Of a DNA stretch of 31,770 nt, positions 8,969 through 16,402 are shown in pieces (positions within the stretch are counted from its first letter, which is position 1; each line of letters starts with the position of its first letter). Origin of the DNA: a virus (taxonomy: Duplodnaviria > Caudoviricetes); IMG/VR virus record IMGVR_UViG_3300037311_000345, positions 1-31,770 of that record; one strand, given 5' to 3'. The notes beneath the pieces were generated by a model. That model saw nothing but the letters and a program-made list of their open reading frames with translations, was not told the DNA's origin and did not search any database. The translations under genes were made by a program, and so were the position numbers.

Positions 8969-9218
8969 AAAATTGTTATATATATTTATATCTTTTTTAA
9001 TATTTGCTAATTGCCAAAATCCATTTACTGTTGAGAAAGAGATTCAGAAGTGTAAAAATGAGAAAAAAATAAAAACCAATTTCTATTTGGGATTGATTTT
9101 GAATATACAACCCAAGAAAGAGATTTCAGAATTCGATTTTTTTGCAATTTATAGTATTTTAGATGGATTAGATGCTTCTGAAAATCAGTGTATCAGAGCT
9201 GCTAGGGATGGAAGATGA
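8958..9218 (+). CDS. Partner lipoprotein (86 aa)
   Basis: Same MYHK start overlap as 8463; FLIFANC lipobox; same Cys pattern as 8463..8729. Confidence 0.8.
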   Translation: MYHKKLLYIFISFLIFANCQNPFTVEKEIQKCKNEKKIKTNFYLGLILNIQPKKEISEFDFFAIYSILDGLDASENQCIRAARDGR

Positions 9219-9224
9219 TTTATA

Positions 9225-9394
9225 CTCCCCAAACTAACCACCCAACCCTACGCATGAAGGTATTCGAGCGACCCAAATAAGGGAAGAATGGGCTTTTGGT
9301 TGCCAGAGGCAAAACCAAAAGTTAGGAAAAGGCGTTAAGCGAAAGCTTAACGGTCTGAATCTTGAAAAGGAGAAGACGATACCCTCCTATCCTT
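9225..9394 (+). ncRNA. Structured repeat, extended variant lacking the 3' stem
   Basis: Leader CTCCCCAAACTAACCACCCAACCCTAC; GCTTTTGGT/ACCAAAAGT; CGTTAAGC-GAAA-GCTTAACG; GTCTGAATCTTGAAAAGGAGAAGAC. Confidence 0.7.
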
Positions 9395-9754
9395 CTAGGT
9401 AATTGTCTATTTGCTACTTCACTCTATGAATTTAGAGCGAGAGGAGGAGAAGAGAAAATGGATGAAGCAATGGAAGGAACAGGATTAGGAATAAATGTAG
9501 CTGATTCGTTTAATTTGTTAGAAGAAGGTTCACCTTTAGGGGGATTAGCTCATCCATGTGTAGGAATAGCAATGTTTATTATGGGTAGAATTGTTAAATC
9601 AGGTGGTCGAATTCATAATCGGAATCAAAATCATAGGGCAAAAGTGAATTTGTTAGGATGCATATATTTAATTACTAATTCTAGCTCAAACGTTCAATCC
9701 GTGTGGTTAGGTTCAGCTGCTTGTGCTTTAAATTTTGGATTCAAAAATGACTAA
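9395..9754 (+). CDS. Toxin-tip remnant (RNQNHRA family); possible start ATG 9458 with AGGAGG upstream
   Basis: KSGGRIHNRNQNHRAKV is homologous to KSGHRIYERNQRHRARI; terminal Cys pair. Confidence 0.65.
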   Translation, partial: LGNCLFATSLYEFRARGGEEKMDEAMEGTGLGINVADSFNLLEEGSPLGGLAHPCVGIAMFIMGRIVKSGGRIHNRNQNHRAKVNLLGCIYLITNSSSNVQSVWLGSAACALNFGFKND

Positions 9755-9956
9755 ATCAAACTTATTTGTGCTAATATTAATACTCTATACTCTTATAATG
9801 AATTGTTCAATAGTTAGTAAATCTGATGATGAGATAAATCGAAGAAAACTAATAGAAAGTAATTTACTAAGTACATTAATTGCTAGAACTCCACAAGAAG
9901 CAGCTTTAATTGGTGTACTTTGTGGTTTTCGATATATTGATAGTCAAAATGAATGA
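9747..9956 (+). CDS. Small partner lipoprotein
   Basis: Overlaps the tip stop; LILYTLIMNC lipobox. Confidence 0.75.
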   Translation: MTKSNLFVLILILYTLIMNCSIVSKSDDEINRRKLIESNLLSTLIARTPQEAALIGVLCGFRYIDSQNE

Positions 9957-10025
9957 AGAACAGTAAATTAAATCATATTACTACGAGTTTAGTTGCTCAT
10001 TATCAATGAATTGAATAGTAATTAT

Positions 10026-10247
10026 ATGAAAAGTTTTATTTATTTTTTTATCTGTTTATCAACATTAATAATTTGTAATAAAAGTAATAATAGCAAAGAG
10101 TTGAATAAAAGTATTCACTTTTTAAAGTTAAGTTACAACTTAACGAAAACAGAAAAGCCGAGTGACGAGTTTTTATTATATTCTCTTTTTTGTTTAGATA
10201 GAATGTCAAAAGAAATCGAAGAGAGTAAAGAATGGTATGAGAGATAG
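10026..10247 (+). CDS. Small orphan lipoprotein-like protein
   Basis: In-frame ATG in track ORF 9993..10247; MKSFIYFFICLSTLIIC. Confidence 0.68.
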   Translation: MKSFIYFFICLSTLIICNKSNNSKELNKSIHFLKLSYNLTKTEKPSDEFLLYSLFCLDRMSKEIEESKEWYER

Positions 10248-10260
10248 AAAAAGTTTACAA

Positions 10261-10447
10261 CTCCCCAAACTAATCACCCAACACAATGCGTGAAGGATGC
10301 AGAGGACAATCTGCGAAAGCAGATTGGTCTGAATTGTGAAGCAATGAAGACGGGACTCCGTAGCAGCCTGACCTTTCTTTACTTACCCGTAAAGATAGTA
10401 TCTATTGTAGAGAGTAGTAAAGAAAGGACACGCCCAAAGGAAGGCTC
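10261..10447 (+). ncRNA. Structured repeat, full copy (3' stem as in copy 1)
   Basis: CAATCTGC-GAAA-GCAGATTG; AGCCTGACCTTTCTTTACTTACCCGTAAAG...AGTAAAGAAAGGACACGCCC is nearly identical to 2261-2331. Confidence 0.72.
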
Positions 10448-10485
10448 TAAGTTTGGTTTTCAGGATTTCGGGATATTAGGTTTTT

Positions 10486-10776
10486 GTGGTAGTGGAGTAT
10501 AAATTATTTAGAATAGGAGTAGATGGTTTGATGAATGCTGACAAGACTAGGCAGTATCGTAATGCTTTTGCAATCTTTGTAAGTTTGCAAATTATGAAAT
10601 CAGGACATAGGATATACGAACGGAATCAAAGGCATAGGGCGAGGATAGAACAAGGAAGTTGTGCTTATCTATTATTCCAAGGTTTAAAAAGTTCTAATCT
10701 TGATAGTGATACAAGATCTGGAGCTTCGTTTGGAGGAGCTTTATTATGTAACGATAAATACGGATATAAAGGATGA
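10486..10776 (+). CDS. Toxin-tip remnant (RNQRHRA family), no convincing start
   Basis: KSGHRIYERNQRHRARIEQGSCAYLLFQ...LCNDKYGYKG; ATGA overlap with the next gene. Confidence 0.7.
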   Translation: MVVEYKLFRIGVDGLMNADKTRQYRNAFAIFVSLQIMKSGHRIYERNQRHRARIEQGSCAYLLFQGLKSSNLDSDTRSGASFGGALLCNDKYGYKG

Positions 10777-11021
10777 AAATGAAAATAATCAAATTTCTAT
10801 TAATTTCTTTTTTTATAGTTCAACAAAACTATTGTAGCGACATGGATGAGAAAAAAAAAGCCAGAGAAAATACTTTTGCTTGTTCATATCTTTTGTTTCA
10901 AATTCTAAAGAATTCAAACATTGATATTGATACAAGATCTGGAGCTTCGTTTAGAGGGGGTTTTTTATGCATAGATAAATACGGTTATGAAAGAAGCGAA
11001 TTTTATCCTTTTGTGCAATGA
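10773..11021 (+). CDS. Small partner lipoprotein, paralogue of 6842..7078
   Basis: Signal peptide ending QQNYC; shared C-terminus with 6842..7078. Confidence 0.8.
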   Translation: MKMKIIKFLLISFFIVQQNYCSDMDEKKKARENTFACSYLLFQILKNSNIDIDTRSGASFRGGFLCIDKYGYERSEFYPFVQ

Positions 11022-11185
11022 GTGATAGTGACAGAATGTATCAGAGAAATCAAAGGCATAGAGCATTGGTTAGTCTAGCGAATTGTGTAACTGTCACAGA
11101 TTTCATCAATACTGGAAATTCAAGAGCAGCTTCAATTAAAGCTCTTGGTTGTAGCCTAAATTTTTTTCAGGCAGTAAAGGATTAA
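11018..11185 (+). CDS. Mini tip cassette, 55 aa (below ORF-track cutoff)
   Basis: Manual translation: MSDSDRMYQRNQRHRALVSLANCVTVTDFINTGNSRAASIKALGCSLNFFQAVKD*; ATGA coupling to the upstream gene. Confidence 0.75.
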   Translation: MSDSDRMYQRNQRHRALVSLANCVTVTDFINTGNSRAASIKALGCSLNFFQAVKD

Positions 11186-11200
11186 GAGATACTAAGGCCA

Positions 11201-11422
11201 ATGATCAAAATTTACTTCAAATTTTGTATAATTAGCTTCTTAATTTTTATTTTTAATTGTCAAAAAGAAACTAGGATAAACAAAGCTAAAGAAGAATTAC
11301 TTTTGTGTTCTTTAATAATCGATACTATTTCTACTCAGTCAAGAGACTCGAGTATTGGAGTTGGCTATTGTGGTATTAGAGCTGGAGAACAGATTCAAAA
11401 AGCTAACGACTACTACTGGTAG
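11201..11422 (+). CDS. Small partner lipoprotein (73 aa)
   Basis: FLIFIFNC lipobox; internal Cys pair. Confidence 0.8.
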   Translation: MIKIYFKFCIISFLIFIFNCQKETRINKAKEELLLCSLIIDTISTQSRDSSIGVGYCGIRAGEQIQKANDYYW

Positions 11423-11483
11423 AAGAGCTAAAAGTTTGAATGTCTTAAATATGACAAATTATCACTTATAAAGAACCTAACCA

Positions 11484-11662
11484 ATGACCCCACCCCAAAC
11501 TAACCTCTCAACCCTATGCGTCAAGTATGTGGAGGGCACGTAGGGTCAGGTTTTCAACCTGACCGAAGCGTAAGCGTAGCCCGTAGCAGCCTGACGGCAT
11601 ACAGTCGTGAAGAAGTAGTATTGTATACAAATAGTATGCCGACACGCCCTAGATTAGGCTCC
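11484..11662 (+). ncRNA. Structured repeat, full copy, near-identical to 7455-7633
   Basis: Direct sequence comparison. Confidence 0.72.
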
Positions 11663-12458
11663 GATCCTGTATTGGGAAGATTCTTACAAGCGGACAGTAT
11701 CGTAATGCCTGAGAATGAATCACTATATGTATGTGGATGGAAATCCGGTGAAGTATACGGATCCAAGTGGGAATCGATTATCAACATCACAAGGTTGGAT
11801 GTTACTAGGTTATTTAGCCGGACCTCAAGTAGGATTAAAACCAGAGGATGGTTTAAAATGGGGTTATACAATAGGAAGGAGAATGACTATTAATGAAAAA
11901 AAAGAGAAAAAAATATCTCAAGAAAGAAATATGTTATCTCCGTTAAGTGGTCTAGTAAAACCACAGTACGATGTTTATCGTCCAGTATTTACAAAAGATA
12001 TAAAAAAAGGATTAAATAATGAAATAAAATGGGGATTATTGGGTTTCATGTTAAATGGAGAAGAAGGTGCTACTTGGGGTTTTATTTATGGAACATCTCA
12101 AAATAATCGAAAATTACAAAGCAGAAAACGCAATAATGCTAAAAATATTGAGATAGGGATTCATATTGCTTTAGTATTTACTGGTGCATATATAGGATCA
12201 TCAATCGGTGGTCGTTTGGCAGAAAAAATAGCAAATGGATTTATAGGGGGAATAATCGGAGGTGCAATAGATGAATTGCTTTCAGATCCTATTGAAACTA
12301 TTTCAGCACAGTTAGCAGGTTATGATGAAGAAAAGTATAAAGAACAACAAATTAGAGAGAGAATTTGTTTAGCATCATTTGTTAATCATGTAAGTTCGAA
12401 AAAAGACACAGTCAATGATTTTTGGTGTGTGTATGATGGATTTACACCTAAATTATGA
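11663..12458 (+). pseudogene. Orphan Rhs C-terminal cassette; 11-nt deletion frameshifts the core arm at ~11716; CT frame intact (ORF 11715..12458)
   Basis: GAGAAT-GAATCAC here versus GAGAAT[CTGTATGGAAT]GAACCG at 7682; then [16 protein letters not shown] and a hydrophobic CT related to the first Rhs CT. Confidence 0.82.
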
Positions 12459-13282
12459 TAATGAAATTATTAGTTTTACTTTTGTTATATTTTTCAACTT
12501 TTAATATTTCTTCTAAAGAAGTAACTATATCAAAAAGTTATTCTTTGGGTCTAGGTATAACTAGTATAGAATCAAATATTAACCTACAAAGTTTATATTA
12601 TAACAATCAAAGTATATATAAATTTAATACTTTTTATACGATTGATCTGTCATACAAACTAAAAGAAAGTAATCTAAGTGATTATAATTATTCTCTATAT
12701 TTAGGAATAAAGTATTTTCAACCTGTTAATGATAAGTATAGTGAGATTCGAAATTTTACTTTAATAGAACCATATTATTTTGAAAGAAAAGTGGGAAGCA
12801 GAAAGGAAGTCTACTTCTTGTTTCATTTGACTGAATTGTTTAAAAACTATAACAAAAATTTAGTATTCAGTTTAGGAATGAGTATTGGACAATCTGAGTC
12901 AATTTCAATTGCCTATAAAAGAGTTTTTTTAGATTCTTTTCTACTAAATTCTCAACAATTAAATTCAGTGAGTTACCTTGGAGTTCCTATAACTGTTCCA
13001 GAAAGTGTCTCTTTGTTTTTTAAACCAAGAGTCTATTATTCATATAATTTAGGTGCAAGTTATAAAGTAAGTGATTTTAGATTTGGTATAGATATTATTT
13101 TAGGAAACTATATTGAAAAGCAAAAAGCAGATATCAATATAAATACTAGCTATTTGCATTATAGTAAAAATCAACCTTATACTATCTATGAATTATTTCT
13201 AAGAGAAAGAATTATTTTAAATGCTTTAGAATATGATGAAAAATTTAGAGGGATTCGTCTATACTTAACCTATGAATTCTAA
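12455..13282 (+). CDS. Partner protein, signal peptide, possible outer-membrane beta-barrel
   Basis: ATGA overlap; N-terminal hydrophobic signal without lipobox Cys; alternating aromatic strands and terminal IRLYLTYEF (C-terminal Phe). Confidence 0.6.
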   Translation: MIMKLLVLLLLYFSTFNISSKEVTISKSYSLGLGITSIESNINLQSLYYNNQSIYKFNTFYTIDLSYKLKESNLSDYNYSLYLGIKYFQPVNDKYSEIRNFTLIEPYYFERKVGSRKEVYFLFHLTELFKNYNKNLVFSLGMSIGQSESISIAYKRVFLDSFLLNSQQLNSVSYLGVPITVPESVSLFFKPRVYYSYNLGASYKVSDFRFGIDIILGNYIEKQKADININTSYLHYSKNQPYTIYELFLRERIILNALEYDEKFRGIRLYLTYEF

Positions 13283-13574
13283 TCATATCTTACAAAGAGA
13301 AGACTCAGCTATGAATTTACAAGATGAATTCAATCGAATCAAGTATGCAATCCAACAGGTAGCCTTAAGTATATACTCGAAGCTACAATCAACCGAGGGA
13401 ATCGTAACCCTACTCCTGACTACAATACTCGTAGGCTATGGTATGCTAACACTGAATGGTAGTATCAATATGCATACAGTATTGACACCCATTATGCTAG
13501 TTGGGTTTTTATTTACCAACATCAACTGTGGGAACTTCACTTCCAAGAAAAGAGGGGCACCTTGGCTTTTATAG
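13272..13574 (+). pseudogene. Rhs internal fragment (hydrophobic hairpin + NINC segment), mosaic of the two Rhs alleles
   Basis: KYAIQQVALSIYSKLQSTEG matches the second Rhs; IVTLLL.TILVGYGMLTLNGSINMHTVLTPIML matches the first. Confidence 0.85.
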
Positions 13575-13613
13575 TATTCATGGTGGAATTCAAAATTGTC
13601 ATATGAAAAGTTT

Positions 13614-14330
13614 ATGAAATATTATTTGATAGTGATTTTAATATATAACTGCTCAGTAAAACATAATGAAATAGTTTCAAAACAAGTTTCAAAAATTCAT
13701 AATTTAAAAATTGAACTAGTAGCTGAAGATGAGATTCTCTTTGAAAAAATAACTGTAAAAAGTTCAAAAAAAATACCAATCAAATCTTATGAAGAAAAAT
13801 TAGTTTCAGGAAATCCCCTTCCTTTATTATTTATGATAGAGGAACAAAGTGATTTAGATATATATCAACCTGATTCAGTTGATTATTTCTATAATGTTTC
13901 ATCGAATAAGGTAATTTCTTTAAATAAAAACATTGAAGAGAATTATTTAGTTATAGAATATATTAACGATAAGTTTTTTCATTTCGATATAAATTTATAT
14001 GAGACTAAAAATTTCAAAGTATTCTTTGGATTTTCAAGTGACAATAAAGATAACTTAAACACAAAACCTTTTGAAATTATTGAGAATAATGATTCTTGTA
14101 TTGTAAAATTCAGAGATGATATATCTCTCAAAACAGGTAATTATGGATTTTGTCCTAAGCTCAACTTAAGAGACAATGTTGTAACTATAAAACTGATTTT
14201 TTCAAAAAAAGAACAAATAAATTTATCTACTAGACTAATAAAATATTTTTATCCTGGAATATTTTTTTTGGGACCATTTACTAAAGGTGGAGCATATTAC
14301 AAAAGAAATTTTATTCCAAACAGCGTTTAA
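13614..14330 (+). CDS. Orphan lipoprotein (238 aa), immunity-like
   Basis: In-frame ATG in track ORF 13596..14330; MKYYLIVILIYNC lipobox; very AT-rich. Confidence 0.7.
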   Translation: MKYYLIVILIYNCSVKHNEIVSKQVSKIHNLKIELVAEDEILFEKITVKSSKKIPIKSYEEKLVSGNPLPLLFMIEEQSDLDIYQPDSVDYFYNVSSNKVISLNKNIEENYLVIEYINDKFFHFDINLYETKNFKVFFGFSSDNKDNLNTKPFEIIENNDSCIVKFRDDISLKTGNYGFCPKLNLRDNVVTIKLIFSKKEQINLSTRLIKYFYPGIFFLGPFTKGGAYYKRNFIPNSV

Positions 14331-14374
14331 AGTAGAGAGAAACAGAATTCAATCGAGTCGAAAAAGAGCAGTTA

Positions 14375-15754
14375 TTATGCCCTTACAATTTGCTTACTAA
14401 TTGAATAATTCACTGGTCTAACCTCAGAGTCAATTTGAGGTGTGCCATGAATTCCATCGTCTAATGGTGAACCTGATTTACCGATATCCACATACGATCC
14501 TGCAACCAATGAACTATATCCAAATCCCCCAGTCAGAACATTATTCAAGTCGATTTTAAAGCCTTGCATTGCGAATCCCTGTGTATCTCTCAAATCTCTA
14601 CTACCTAATAAATCAATATTACGTTCAAATCGATTTATCCAATTAGGTAAAACATTGGAAGCATAGACTCTCAAAAGCTCTGGTGCCACTATATTCATAT
14701 TGGTAATAGTAGAACCATCTGCAACATAGCAGGCTGGATGCTCTCGTTTGTAGCGAGTCTCTGTATAAAGGTTTCCTATTGAAATAGTTTCAACGTCTTG
14801 AAAACGATTACCAAAGCCGAGTTCGTAAAAAAAGTCAATTGCATTGCTAGCATTAACACGTAAGACTGCGATGATTCTAGAATTATTTTTATAGAAACCA
14901 TTTTCTGAAGTTGACCATGCAAAACTAGGGTTATAAAAATCTTCTGAAAGTTTTGAATTATCTAAATAAGAATGATCTCCTATTTGCAATTCTGAATTAG
15001 GAATAATTCTAGCTGTTAGTTTATAATCATATGATAAGAGTAAATATAAATGTTTATTTTGAATTTCGACAATAGATGCAATAGGGTTTCCATCTTCTCT
15101 AAAAATATTTGGTAGTAAGGAAAAATTTAAACTAATTGTATTTCTTAATTGTAAAAATTTACCTTTTACTTCATAAAGGTTCCATTTTGGTAAATACAAA
15201 ATATTATTGCTTGATAGGTATTGAATTTTACCTTTGATTAGTCCTTTAAAAGATTCTCCCATATTAATTTTATTAACTAAAGAATCATCTTTTACTTTCC
15301 TAAAATTTCTGATATCAGATAAAATGGTTGTAACACCAGCAGAGTTTACAATTTCAAAAAGAGGAATATCTCCCGAAATTAGGCTACCATTTCTAAAAAG
15401 AATTTCAAAAGAATTTTTCTGGTATTGTAAAATAGTCGAATCGGGTTGGATAACATCTTCGATTTCAAATTTATGCCTAAGAACAACTTTTGAAGTTTGA
15501 TTCAAAGGTACTGCTTGATTAGATAGCAAAGGTGTAGAAATTCTTAGCCCTTGCACATCATATGCAATCACAGGTTGAATGTTAATTGATTGACCTGCTC
15601 CATTTGTAATTTCACCTCCCGATACTATGCCATCTGTGAAAGTATCGATTCTCGATTTTAAAATTTCGTCTTCTTTAGACTCTTGTTCAAAATTCCAATC
15701 TTCTTGGAAAACTTTAGTTCCATTCGCAGGAAATACTAAACCCTTTAATAACAT
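14375..15754 (-). CDS. Tail fibre / tail-collar-type protein
   Basis: Last gene after the baseplate genes; C-terminus LPNWINRFERNID..SRDLRDTQ...EVRPVNYSI resembles the LPDLRG.F.RG.D...ETRP.N fibre/collar pattern. Confidence 0.65.
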   Translation of the reverse strand: MLLKGLVFPANGTKVFQEDWNFEQESKEDEILKSRIDTFTDGIVSGGEITNGAGQSINIQPVIAYDVQGLRISTPLLSNQAVPLNQTSKVVLRHKFEIEDVIQPDSTILQYQKNSFEILFRNGSLISGDIPLFEIVNSAGVTTILSDIRNFRKVKDDSLVNKINMGESFKGLIKGKIQYLSSNNILYLPKWNLYEVKGKFLQLRNTISLNFSLLPNIFREDGNPIASIVEIQNKHLYLLLSYDYKLTARIIPNSELQIGDHSYLDNSKLSEDFYNPSFAWSTSENGFYKNNSRIIAVLRVNASNAIDFFYELGFGNRFQDVETISIGNLYTETRYKREHPACYVADGSTITNMNIVAPELLRVYASNVLPNWINRFERNIDLLGSRDLRDTQGFAMQGFKIDLNNVLTGGFGYSSLVAGSYVDIGKSGSPLDDGIHGTPQIDSEVRPVNYSISKQIVRA

Positions 15755-15763
15755 AAAAACTCC

Positions 15764-16402
15764 TTAGTAGTAAACATACACTTGATTATTGCTTTGATTT
15801 TTAGATAGAATAACAGAGCCAATTTCACCGCCTGTTTTGAATATATTGAATTCATCTTGAAGCTCAGCATAAAACGGGAAATTGCCTCCAATATTTACAA
15901 GTTCTATATAGTTAGTAAGCTTCTCTCTCTGCTCTTCACTTAATTGGCGACTGATAAAAACAGTATAAGAGAAAATATTATAGGCTCTACTAACGATTCC
16001 CGTTCCTATGGCATCTCCAATTCTAAATCCCTGTCTATCTTGACCGTTCTCTATTTTTACAGAAAAAATTGGTAAACCTAAAATAGATTCTATGATTCTT
16101 GATTTTTGTAATCTAGAAAGACCTGATTTGGAAATAGAGCGTTGAAATAAAATTCTACTTTTATAATCCTCTTCTGATTCATTTTCTAAACGTAAAATAT
16201 TATAACGTTTACCCCAGTCATTTAAACTTTCCCCACTAGCTGAATTTAGATAAAGAGAATCTTTTACATAATTATAATTTTGAACTCTTGAATCAAAAAT
16301 TTTAGTTAAGGCTGTTAAAATAATATACCAATTAGAAGTAATTCCTAAATTACGAATACTTTTTCGTAAGTTTGACCAAATATAGGAAAGAAAAAAACTC
16401 AT
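15764..16402 (-). CDS. Baseplate wedge protein (P2 gpI / Mu gp48-like)
   Basis: Follows baseplate J; ASGESLNDWGKRYNILRLENESEEDYKSRI motif. Confidence 0.65.
   Translation of the reverse strand: MSFFLSYIWSNLRKSIRNLGITSNWYIILTALTKIFDSRVQNYNYVKDSLYLNSASGESLNDWGKRYNILRLENESEEDYKSRILFQRSISKSGLSRLQKSRIIESILGLPIFSVKIENGQDRQGFRIGDAIGTGIVSRAYNIFSYTVFISRQLSEEQREKLTNYIELVNIGGNFPFYAELQDEFNIFKTGGEIGSVILSKNQSNNQVYVYY

Noticed and set aside
9950-10014. Possible tip remnant IKSYYYEFSCSLSMN* matching partner LYSLFCLDRMS
   Set aside because: Too short, and interrupted by a stop, to distinguish from chance.
10290-10502. Track ORFs 10290..10502, 11516..11893 and the N-termini of 6167, 7592 and 9362
   Set aside because: They read through the structured repeat, and different copies use different frames, so they are unlikely to be real proteins.
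2150-11662. CRISPR array
   Set aside because: The repeats are long, irregularly spaced and separated by whole genes; no cas genes.
2150-11662. Integron attC sites (repeat follows stop codons; ACCCAAC fits RYYYAAC)
   Set aside because: No complementary GTTRRRY at the element's 3' end, the fold is multi-branched rather than one hairpin, and no integrase is in the window.
14331-14374. Bidirectional terminator or att site between the convergent blocks
   Set aside because: No convincing hairpin with T-tract, and no repeated core or tRNA visible in the window.
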